From Amoebophrya sp. A120 (taxonomy: Eukaryota; Protista; Dinoflagellata): a stretch of 64,000 nucleotides of DNA. The position numbers and the translations under genes are program-made. Each line of letters begins with the position of its first letter. Positions within the stretch are counted from its first letter, which is position 1. Where the stretch lies: contig CAJINV010000003.1 in the NCBI GenBank assembly GCA_905178155.1, positions 878,517 to 942,516 of the forward strand, in the 5' to 3' direction. Below the pieces are notes generated by a model that worked only from the letters and a program-made list of their open reading frames with translations, was not told the DNA's origin and made no database searches. Of this stretch, positions 1 to 10,665 are shown one piece after another.

Positions 1-1
1 G

Positions 2-3000
2 TGGTTCAATGATTACAGCCACCTGATAACCGTGACGGAGAGCAAAGTTTGGACCGATGGCAACACCAGCGCTTCAGACCTGCGGTTTCGAAAAAATGAC
101 GGGGTGTGGCAATGGGGAGACTGGGAGTTGTTCAACGTAAGTCCCCGGCCCCCGAGAAGCCTACACGATGCCATCCGCAAAAAAGCGATGGACCGCGCCG
201 GTACAGCGGCGGACGCCATGCGCAAAAACTACTATGCGGCAAATAGTAACGCGGCTTTCGGAAAGAACGGCAACGGATCCAAGAACCAGGCTTTATCGTC
301 CGGTGCCGCCACACCGAAGCGGAAGATGAAGGTCATGTGGCATGTGCCCCCACCGTCGAATCCCCGGAGCAGTCGAATGGAGCTTTCGCCGGGCGGACAG
401 ACCCAGATAAAAGATAAGGAGAAGACCAAGCCCGAAAAGTATCTGATTGACGTGGACGTCCCGAAGGCAGAGGCGGAGCGGCTGATGGACGAAGGGGGGC
501 ACAGCGAGAAGTGTCTGAAAGCCCAGCTGGTGGACGACAACCCCGCACTCAAGAGAGACATCCAAATCGTGAGGCGAGATAACCCGGACACCAGCTTCAG
601 CGACGAGGAGGATGAGGAGGCGTCGGACGACGCTGATGCGGAGCCACTGATCATCGGACCGGTACTCGCAGACTTCACACAGCTGATGGACGCCAAGTCG
701 GCCTGGCGACTCTCCCTGTACCGACCAGTGACGATCCTGTGGATGAAAAGCGGCCAGCCGGACAAGATTGTTCGTTGGTCGAGCGCGGTGCCGAACGTGG
801 CGACGCCACTGGTCCTGGAGGGGGGTCCCTTCAAGAAGTGGCGCCAGATCCTCCACGAGGAGCGGGAGTACCACGGGAAAAAAGTGAAGGCGGAATTGGT
901 GACCAGCCAATACGCCGACCCTGCAGCGCGCATGCGCGCTATCGAACGGGCCGAAGCGGAAAAGCGCCGCCAGGCGCAACTACGAGAAAAGGCAAAGGCG
1001 GACGCCAAACTGCGCCTCAAGCCCGAGTTCAAAGTCCGCGAGTCCCGTCCGCGCAAGGCCAAGCTCACCTCCTACGAGAACATGATGCTTGCGGCCGAGC
1101 TCTCCGGGGGCGACACCGCTTTTGTGCACGACCATTTTGGGCGCGGAAGTGGCGGCGTCAGTGGAGGTGGTGGTGCAACATCTAGTACGGCGAGCGCTGG
1201 GCGGGTACTACCTGGTGGAACATCCGCATCTAGGACCACGTTCCCGTGGCGAACCAAAGCTCCCCCAAACTTTCAATGGAGAGTACCGGAGAACCCCTTT
1301 CTGCAGAGCTTCACCTGCAGCGACCCGTGCCAGTCGTTCTGGGAGCGCGAGCAGCGCAAGCTGATGAAGTGCAAGTACGAGCAAATCGAGCACTTTGCTG
1401 CGCAGCGGAAGGGCAGCCGCCACTCTCCCGACTTCCGACGGGCGTTGCAGCAGGCACAGCAGCGGTTTTTGAAAGAAAAGGTTAAGTTTCGGTCGGAAGA
1501 GGAATTCTACCAGGCGCTCCGGCAAGAAGAGCAAAGAGACTTCCGCATGTTTGCCGAAGAGTACAAGGTTCAGGTTGCAGCTGCCCCGGGAGGATTTTCA
1601 TCTACAAGAACAGCTGCAGCCCCCTCGAGTAGCAGTGCTGTTAAGAACAAGAATAAAAACTCCGGCAAGATGGATCAGAAGAGCGCGAAACCCCCGCCTA
1701 CTGCAGCCACGGGGGCACGGGGAACAAAAAAACGAAATAGATCCGACTCATCCGCCTCATCGGATGAAGAAGACAGCGATGCTGAAGATTCTTCGGCAGC
1801 TATTGTTGCAAGTTCGTCTTGCTCATCGAGCGATGAGGAATATTCGGACCGTCGCGCACGCGGCCGCAAGAACGGAAACAAGAGGCGCAAAATGTCTGCC
1901 ACGAGCGGTCACAACAAGAAGGGACCCAAAGCCAAAACTGTTGTTGTTCAAGCGAAGGGCCAGAAGAAGTCTACGGCGAAGTCAAAAGCGAATCCAAATC
2001 TGGTGCGATCCGGAGTTCAGAAGACAATGAGAAACGAGAAAAAAATTTCGTTTGCTGATGAACAGGAAGACTCCGAGGATCAGGATGGCGAACCAGTCGC
2101 ATTTCGCCAGGCGGTGACGAGCAAAGGTACAGGAAGCAAACGGAAAAGAAGCAAAGAGAGTAGAAGAAAAAGCAGTAAAAGTTCGCGCAAAGGTAGTGCG
2201 GCGAGCGAAGACTCAGATTCCTCGACTACATCGTCCAAAACTACGACATCGACCTCGCGGCACTCAAGAAATAGCTCCAGCTCATCCGACTCTGACGCTT
2301 CTTTTGATGGACATCTCTACTACGACTTTATCTCTGGCGGACTGCAGTGCGCGCCCCCGACGGATGGCACGCCCGTAGATGTTTTCCAGCGCATGCACGA
2401 GAAGTCTCGCGGGCTGCGGTTCTGGGTGGATCGTGCGCCCAACCGGGTGAAGCTGCTTCTCGACCCCCGCTGGCCGAACAACAACTACGGTGCAGCTGAA
2501 CAAAACCACCACCACTACTCTGGGGGCTTCTTTGGACAACAAGTAGAGGATTATGCAAATGACAACGCAGATCATGCTGAAAAGCCGTTAATTCTGCCCT
2601 TCGATGCCATTCGGCGCGACCGTGAAGCAATCCTAGCTGCGGCCGATGCAGCGGCTCTCGAGCAGGATTGTTCCCTCGACGACGATATGCACTGCAAATA
2701 GAGTATCGTACTCGCATAAATGCATTACAAATTTCCTCAGCGTGAGAAATAAAATTTGTAATGCGGATTTGACTTAACAAAAAGATTTGTAATGCATGAC
2801 TGCAATACGAATGCGATACTTTTGCACAGGATAGACGAGGAGGATTCCTCGTCCGACGACGAGAGTCCGAACACCTATGGAAGTGTCAGAATCAAAATCG
2901 TCAGAGTTGAAATAGTTTGTCATGCATAAAAGCGATATCACTCGGAAGCCCACTTATCAAGCGGCGCATGACAAATTTTCCGAGCGCCGGAATTCAATTT

Positions 3001-5290
3001 GTCATGCTGTTGGGGCACAAAAGACTGCTTTTGTCATGCTGCTTTGCCAGCTCTATTTCAAACCCTAAACAGGCTCACAATCGGCCTCACTTGCCATCCC
3101 AGCAAGACAAGCACTTCACGCCTTGCATTTTATGCATATTCAACCTTGACGATTTCAATCCTGACAGTTCCATAACACCCGACGGGAAAGGAAACGAAAA
3201 TCCCGGCGGGAGAAAGCGGAGATGGAGCGCGTGATCGCCGAAGCGAATCGAGAAACGGCTGCGGGACTGCTGATCCCCACGGATCCGGCCACGCAAAAAC
3301 AAGACCTGGCGGCCTTCGTCGCCTTCAACCGGTTGTGTCGTCAAGAGCCGCAGTTTTTCGCCCCCTGCTACGTGCCCGTGGACCGGCAGAATGACAATGA
3401 ACGCGAGGAGGACCCGGTGGGACTGTCGCCCCAGTGCCTCAAGTTCCGCGCGTGGCTCCTCCAGCTGCACCAGCACGAGGTGGGCAACTGGAAGTCCGAA
3501 GAGTCCCGGTTCCGCCTGCAAAAAATGTTCCAGAAGGCCGGGTCGCTGTTTCGGAACCCGGTGACGCTCGAACACGTATGAACTGCAAAAGCATCGCGCT
3601 CGTATAATTGCAATCATGCATTACAAATCTTTTTCTTAAAGGTAAATTAGCATTACAAATTTTATTTCTCATGCTGAGGAAATTTGTAATGCAATTTATA
3701 CAAGTGCGATGCTTTTGCATTGCATAACACGAGTGGCACAGCAAGTCCTTCTTTCAAGCCGTGGTGCAGCCGCTGAAGATTGCCGCGCCGGCGCGGATCC
3801 TATCCAGTGTAAAAATGTCTGGGTCTGGAAGAATGCAACTTGTGATGCTGCATTTGGATGTCTAAAAAATTTGTGTTGCATGAGCAGCAAAAGGAATCTA
3901 TATTTCTGCTACGCGGAGAGGGCATTTGTCATGCAGAATAGGCATCAAGAACCCCTCAAAAAACCTGTGATGCTAGGTCATGCATCACAGACATCACGGC
4001 TCATGCAAATCGTGCATCACAAGTCTCAGAATCTTCCAGACCCAGACATTTTTACACTTGATAGATCCACTGGGTCCACGATTCCACCAAGTTCACCAAG
4101 GCTCAACTCCTGCAGATGCAGCGGCAGAGCCACGCCGAGCAGTTTCAAAAAGCCCACGCGTTGTTGTCCCACGTTTTCGTCCTGGATGGGATGATGCAGG
4201 ACAATTACGATCTGTACGTGCTCCGCCACGCCCACACGGACCACATCCACGCCTGCGCGATCCTTCAAAAGGCCCGCCCCAACAAACGCTGTATCCTCTA
4301 CTTCACCGTCCGCCCCGAAGTCCGCAGCGCGGGCTACGCCTCACGCTTCGTCCAGATGCTGCTCGACCAGGAACCCCACTCCCGCCTCTTTACCACTGTC
4401 AATGTACTTTGGATTTTGATTTTGTTTTTGTAAAGTAGTAGTGGCCTGTCCTGTTGCTGTTTCTGTTTTCTGGTGTTCTGCATGTGCACATCATGCATGT
4501 TCATGCTTTATTTTGAGGCCTCATCTTCACCTTCAGTATGAGTGCTTTGGCGGTTCATCATCATCTTCAAAGCTTGACATTGTTTTCCCAGGTCGGCGCA
4601 GATGGGACACAGGAAAAGTTAGCGGACTGGTGGAAGCGTATGGGATTCACGAAAGAGGTGGAACCTGACAAAGAGCATTCCATGGATGTTCCCTTCAAAC
4701 ACACCATTCTCCTGGAGCTAGATCGTCGCACGTACTTGGGTGGTGCTTTTTTCGAGCCTCCAATATCTCCGGCAGCTCTCGCCAAGCGTTTGAAAAATAA
4801 AGCAGAGGATTCGTCGAATAATCTTCGACCTGAACAACAACCCGGAGCAGGTGGTGCAACGACCGCCTCGTCTTCCTCGATAATTTTTCCGATGAATACA
4901 CGACACCACCACCAGCAAGAAGAAATTGGAGCAGGAACGAATAATGGTGAGAACGAGGGCTTAGCTGCAGCTTCGAGCTCAAGAAAAGCTGCAGGAACTG
5001 CTGCCTCTGTCCACCTCCATGATCCGATCGTGCCTGCGAAAGGTAGAAATAAAGCAGAGGCCTCAATGAAGACAAGCGCGGCGTCGAAAGCAGCCACAAT
5101 GAAGAAGCAGAAAAACCCATCGAGAAAAGCCAGCATCGCTTGCGCGGACGAAGCTAACGAAAGTGACGCCGACTTATTTCAGGACCAGCAACATGAGTTG
5201 TTTTCAACAGACGACAGGGATCATGATCCGCCAAAGCAAGCAAAAGCTGTTGCTCCGAAAAAGAAGCCGCGAGCGGGACGACGGAAGTGA
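2..5290 (+). CDS. Multi-exon gene (5' end outside window): long low-complexity Ser/Lys-rich protein with C-terminal GNAT acetyltransferase domain
   Basis: Exons 2-2685, 2839-2875, 3180-3576, 3732-3800, 4069-4403, 4592-5290 join in frame after removing four TIR elements and one GT-AG intron (4404-4591). GNAT motif A ILYFTVRPEVRSAGYASRFVQML and motif-B-like WWKRMGF. Confidence 0.8.
2686..2833. mobile_element. Introner-like TIR element, family A (copy A1)
   Basis: TATGCACTGCAAA..GTATCG / CGATACTTTTGCACAGGATA; direct repeat GACGA at 2681-85 and 2834-38; removing 153 nt gives LDD-E-EDSSS in frame. Confidence 0.9.
2876..3174. mobile_element. Introner-like TIR element, family B (copy B1)
   Basis: ~36-bp imperfect TIR TATGGAAGTGTCAGAATCAAAATCGTCA / TGACGATTTCAATCCTGACAGTTCCATA; direct repeat ACACC; removing 304 nt gives PNT-RRERKRK..MERVIAE, joining ORF 3222. 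Confidence 0.92.
3577..3726. mobile_element. Introner-like TIR element, family A (copy A2, inverted relative to A1)
   Basis: TATGAACTGCAAAAGCATCGC / GCGATGCTTTTGCATTGCATA; direct repeat ACACG; removing 155 nt gives LEH-E-WHSKSFF. Confidence 0.92.
3801..4063. mobile_element. Introner-like TIR element, family C (copy C1)
   Basis: 32-bp near-perfect TIR TATCCAGTGTAAAAATGTCTGGGTCTGGAAGA; direct repeat GATCC; removing 268 nt gives ARI-H-WVHDSTK..MQRQSH, joining ORF 4116. Confidence 0.95.
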
Positions 5291-5697
5291 AAAAGAAAAT
5301 CTATACAGAGGCGAAAAAATACACATCTTTTTGCTACCGCTACTTTCCCATTACTTACGTCCCTATAGTGGTAGCGCGATTTTTTCGACCAGTTCAAAGC
5401 GACTGGCTCTGAACTCGAAACTCGTGGACCACTAACTTGAAAAGCTGTGCTTTTAATTATAGCCACAATCCATGATCATGAGAACTTTCTTTCATGAAAC
5501 ACTGTAAACTGTAAACTCGCAAGATGACAAAATATTTGTCATTGGTGTCAAAGACCAATTTTCCACCCTCCTATTTACCTACAGTTGTAGCGCGATTTCG
5601 TCCGGTCGATAACAATATTTTCAAAAAAAACCGAGACGCGACATATGTGACCACCCCAGGCTAAAATTACGTATTTCTATCAAAAGAAGATGAAGCC

Positions 5698-5751
5698 ACC
5701 GTAGCCATTTTGGCTCGTCAGGCGGCTATCTGTCTATCTAGCATCATTTTT
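5698..5751 (+). ncRNA. Candidate dinoflagellate spliced-leader (DinoSL-like) RNA gene or SL relic
   Basis: ACCGTAGCCATTTTGGCTC (5698-5716) equals the first 19 nt of the 22-nt DinoSL (DCCGTAGCCATTTTGGCTCAAG), including the Sm-like ATTTTGG; followed by GTCAG|GC and a T5 run ~50 nt from the start. Confidence 0.55.
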
Positions 5752-8700
5752 CACTATTTCACAATTATGCCAAAAGGCGGCATCTCAGATATTCAAAGTA
5801 ACTTTCCGTATGATTTTCTCGGGACCTGGCAAGCGTCGTACTAGATGCCAGCATGAGATATCCACGGCAAATGCAAATGGTGAAGTTCATTTGCCGTCGA
5901 GGAGGAACTGGGGCACAACGGATTTTTGCCCTGCTCCGTTGAGTTTTTTCATCGCGCCTGTGTTTTGTTTTGGAAACGCGCGAGGATAAAAACCAAAAAA
6001 AAAATCTATCAAATGAAAAAAAATGAGTTCTAGTATCGTTCTTCGTCTACTATAATTGCTTTCGCGTTTAGATTGTCTCAATGATGGAACCAACCTCCTA
6101 GAATGAAGATTTTGTCAAGAGCGAAAACCACAAACCTGACCTATATCAATATAGCACCATCTTCAGCAGCTGCGGAATAGCAGTGAGTTTCGGGCCTTGA
6201 ATCTTCGACGCCACGCCCAGTCTCATGAAGAACGAAAGAAAGAAAATAGTACTCGTAATGACGAGGTCGATATTTTGAGCTAGATCGAAGAATCGATGAG
6301 GCATGCAGCATGCGATATTTTCTTCTTACAGCAAAAACGACTGCCAAACAGCATGAAAAAACTACCAGAGTCGCTTTTGGTTGGGTTTTTCATTTTCCAA
6401 GAAAGCTCAGGCAGTTGATGGGAAACACGACCCTGAACAGTAGCACTTTGCTTCGTTTTTTGGACCTCGTTTTGTACCGGAAATTGAGACTCTTCTTTTT
6501 GTTTTTGTAATTATCAAAACGTGCGCAGATATTGTTTATCTTTATACTATTTCGTCGAACATAAACCTAATCGAATAAATCTCTAGATCACATTATCAGG
6601 CATTTTTTCGAAAAAAGATCTACTATCAACTTGCCCCGTGCAAGTTTGCTCGACTCAGGTTCCCGTGTTTTCTTGGATTCCTCGTTTTGCTTTCACACGA
6701 ACGAGGAAAAAAACTATCCTTGAGCCAACTATATAATAATGTACCGTACTACTACTCGTAGAAGTAGTGCTCATTCTCTGGAAGTAGTCGACGCACCCGA
6801 ATGGGAAAAGTAGTCGACGAATGGGGAAATGGAAATCAAATCGATGAACCTCTAAATAATATTGGGGGAACATCAATCAGGCCAGGACACGTATGTACAA
6901 ATACATCCAATGCTCGGCGTTGCGCAATGCCAATCAATGGCTTACTTCTTTCCACATCCGCGGTGGAGGTTGTATCCATCAAAAGTCTACGCATGGACAT
7001 CAAACTCAAAGTCTTGTTTGTTCGCGGCTACGACGGCTCCGGCTGTTCGCACCGTGATCACCAAGAGAACGTTAATCTATTTTTACTTGTATTACATACG
7101 TACCACAACCACAAGTCACTCCCGAAAAATAAGAACGCGACTCCAACTTCCCCTATTGCTCTTGAAGTCCGCAACATCAAACTTTATGCTGTGTATATTA
7201 TTGAACTTTCTGTTTCTCCCGGGAAGTTCTACAGTTTTAAGTACTTGCACGAACGCAAGAAAAAGAATATAGTCCTGAGCTCCCACGTCCACGATCTCCA
7301 CCCAATGTATGCCTCGCCATTTTACCACTTTTCGCATTCCTCAGCACAGCTGCCTCCGTGGGACTGGGAGCATAAATTGCAACTCGTATACAATTCTTGC
7401 CTTGTGTTCCGCTTCAGCTGCAGCTGAACACAGAAGATCACGAGCTGCAGGAGCAAAAATTCCTGTGTAAATTGATTTCTGCGTTGTCGCTCACTTTGGC
7501 ACTGCGCTTGCTTACGCTGGTAAGTCTGGCAGTCAAACAGAAGCGCACACGCAGCAGAAGCCGTCCCGGCTCTTACAAGGAGCGGGTGCTCCCGTTCCTT
7601 CGGACAGGCACTACCGATACTATTCCTTAGTGGTGAGGTTAGGTTTCATCTAGTAGCTTCTAGCCAGGTTGCCGGCGATCCAGAACCATAGGAAGATAGC
7701 GATCTGCCACCCACCAATCGCGAACAACGTGAACAAGATCTCTTGATCTTGAATTCAGTTTGTTTGAGCGGTTACATCCGCAGCAGAAAAGCTACTGAGC
7801 AAGTTTCTGCAGTTGTAACGGAAGCGCTAGCGCAAGCTAGCTATAGGTAGCTAGCACAAAGAAGTCTTTCCAGTTGATATAGAAGAAGATGTACAAGCAC
7901 AGCTGCAGGAGAGAGCCGTGCCGCAAGAACTTAATACTGATGCCGAAACTAGTTTGTAGTCTCTTCTGCTCGAGAAAAATTTACATGATCATTGCCACAG
8001 ACGGCAGTAGACGCCCACACAATAAAGCTGCGTATCCCACTGACTGCATGTCCCAGTCGTCAGTGACAAGGAGATACATGCCCACTGCCGGCGCTTCAAT
8101 GCCTGTTATTTTTCCTTGAGCAGGTAGAGTCTCTGATAATCGTCCGCAGAATCATTGAAGTCAACAGATTCTCATCTTAATGTTTTATGATAATTTCTGG
8201 CACTTTCTTACTTATTCTTATCTCTGTAAACAAGTGTAAGATGTAGTTATGAATTTCAAAATACCGAGAACAAAGCAATGAGCATTCGTCTTCGGGTTCG
8301 GTGTGGCAGGTTGCATAACCATACCGCTCCTGTGAGGAAGTTCATAAAGTACTAGTAACTTCTGCTGTCAGAAAAAACTCGAAAGGTACGAAAATGTACG
8401 TAAATCTAAACGTGACGAGAATACAAAAGGTGCTTTCTTGAGCACGAAAACGGCGGCGAAAAAAAGCGATAGCGATCTGATACGAACCACCTACTCGACG
8501 TGAAATGAAGAAAAATAAAGATCGCTCGTAAAGTGCGCCTTTATTGGGACGAACATCGTAGGTAGAAGATTGAGATCGCGAACATCAAATAAAGACAGCG
8601 ATGCAAAAGTCAACAAAAATGAAAACGAGACTCAACATATCGAAAGATATGATTGATGCGACCGCGAGCACAACCGGTGGAGGTGTAGTGTTGCTCTGGC

Positions 8701-10665
8701 ACCTAGCCCAATCTACTCACTAGGGAGGGTTAGGTGTCGAGTTACATTTTCCGCTGGTGAGCATTCATTTTGTTGGAAAAACCAAAAGCGACTTTTGCTA
8801 CAATTTCAATTTGAAATATACGCGAATCAACATCGACAGAAAAAAAATGAAAAAATATATGGGTACTCCAATGCAAGGAGCACTTTCGTGCTACAGTTGC
8901 ACTTCCTCGGAATCTTCTGTACATTTGCAGCACCCGGAGGCCGCCTCCTTGCTTGTTGAGCGCCGCGTTTCAATGCAGTTGCCTCTAGCATCGTCGTCAT
9001 TCAGAATAATCTCGGTCTCTCACAAATACGATTTCTAATGATACTTCGGCGTCGTGGCTCCGTCAACAAATCGGTTCTCGTCCACCTTTCTGTTGGTGCA
9101 GCCTCGTTCTGAAACTAGTCTGCAAGACGTTGAAAACAGCGTAGAGGATGAAGAGACCTGTTATGTTGACGCTGTCGTGCAACTGAAACAACAAGAAAAG
9201 CTTTTTCCCTGCTTCATCGGTAAAATCGTGCTACTACTCTGTAAAATCGGCTGTCCTTTTCGTGCGTCAGAATAGAAAGTGTATCGTGTTTTTTATGCTC
9301 TACTACACATCAACTGGTGGAATGTTTCTGGATAAAATGCTTCCATCTCGGTCTCGTTGTCCCGCCCCTCGCATTTTTATTTGGTGCGTCATAAATAGAA
9401 GAGGACGCTGTCTTCTGTTGAACCACGTGTATGTCTTGTACATGCAAGAACAGACCACTTGGTCAAGCCTACACTTTGTACAACATAAGTATGCAGCTGC
9501 AGGTTCGGGGAGATGCTCATGAACTGGCTTTGTGTTTGATGCACCGTTCTGTTTTAACAGATGATTGAAGTCCAGTTTATTTCAACGGACAGAGGACGAA
9601 GGTAAAAAATCGGTGCAGTTGAGTATGTTTTTTGTGCCTCGACCACTACATGAACATGCATCAAAAATGCTAGTACGCAAATGAAGACCACACTGATGGT
9701 CCATGTCGAACCAAAGATGTTTTTTCGTCACCGCTCAACAAGTTTCAAGTTCAAGCTTGCCAACCAATCATGATATAACCAGCCCATTCTTAAAACACTC
9801 GTTTTTTGATCGTGACCCCTTATTTCTACCCCCTGTTCATCTTTGCTTTCATTTTTTCCCCAAGGTGGACAACAAGAACTTCTCGTCCTCATGATGTAGC
9901 TGTCTGTAGATCGTTCTTTCACAATTTTATTGGTGTCCAATATGAAGGCAGAGAGTTCTGCATCATGTGTACTAGTCGAGCTCCGCCAGACCCAGACGGC
10001 TTTTCACCCACCACACTAAGTATTAAAACCCCAATCGCTTCGCGGTCTTCTCTGCTCATCTGTCCTCTTACGAACGTACAACTTAAGTCAAGAATTTTAG
10101 GAATATTATCTCAGTCGCGAAGACGGAAAGACTCGTGAAAAAAGTATGATGTTGCAGCTGCATCAGCGTCAAGCGATGTTGGGATAGTACTACTCAAGAG
10201 CGTGATAGAGCAGACGAACGGCGCAAGAACGGCAACGGCAACTGGCGGAAGTAGTGCACGACATCATGATACACAGAGGACACTCTGCCAAGAAGACGAA
10301 GCAGAGTACTACGTAGGATCAGGAGAGCTGCGGAATTTTGATGACTCTTGCAAAGCCTCAGCAGAGAGGCATGATAGCGTCGCGGCCATCGACGGTTTGT
10401 TGAAGCTGCTCCCCGGCGAATTGATTGAGCGAAAGCAGAACCGCTTTTGCCCTTTTGGTTCTCCTCCCTTGTCAACCAACTAGGATTCTGATTCTATGCG
10501 ACGACAAAGACGTCAGACGAGCCGAACAACAACAACTTCTGGTGTGCTGTCCACCTTCAAAAGAGAAAACGAGCAAGCAACTACGACTAGGACGACTACG
10601 ACCAGAAGTACAACTAAAACTATAGCGACAGGTCTTTATACAACTTGCAACCCGCCGGCAACATC

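Noticed and set aside
2917-3234. Similar short ORFs at 2917(+)/12660(-), 33064(+)/38989(-) and family C ORFs as a small protein family
   Set aside because: The similarity comes from the DNA repeat; the ORFs cross element boundaries, have inconsistent starts and stops, and show no transposase motif.
2686-4063. Frameshifts and stops as pseudogenisation or an alternative genetic code
   Set aside because: Every disruption coincides with a TIR element whose removal restores the frame; exons contain no in-frame stops.
6801-8119. Coding-like patches: + strand 6900-7630 and hydrophobic - strand pieces (FLRHGSLLQLCLYIFFYINWKDFF, EILFTLFAIGGWQIAIFLWFWIAG)
   Set aside because: I could not build a consistent exon chain or recognise a domain; a small gene remains possible.
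10202-10483. ORF upstream of the ARM-repeat gene as a separate gene
   Set aside because: No ATG start and no domain; it may be an upstream exon but the junction could not be established.
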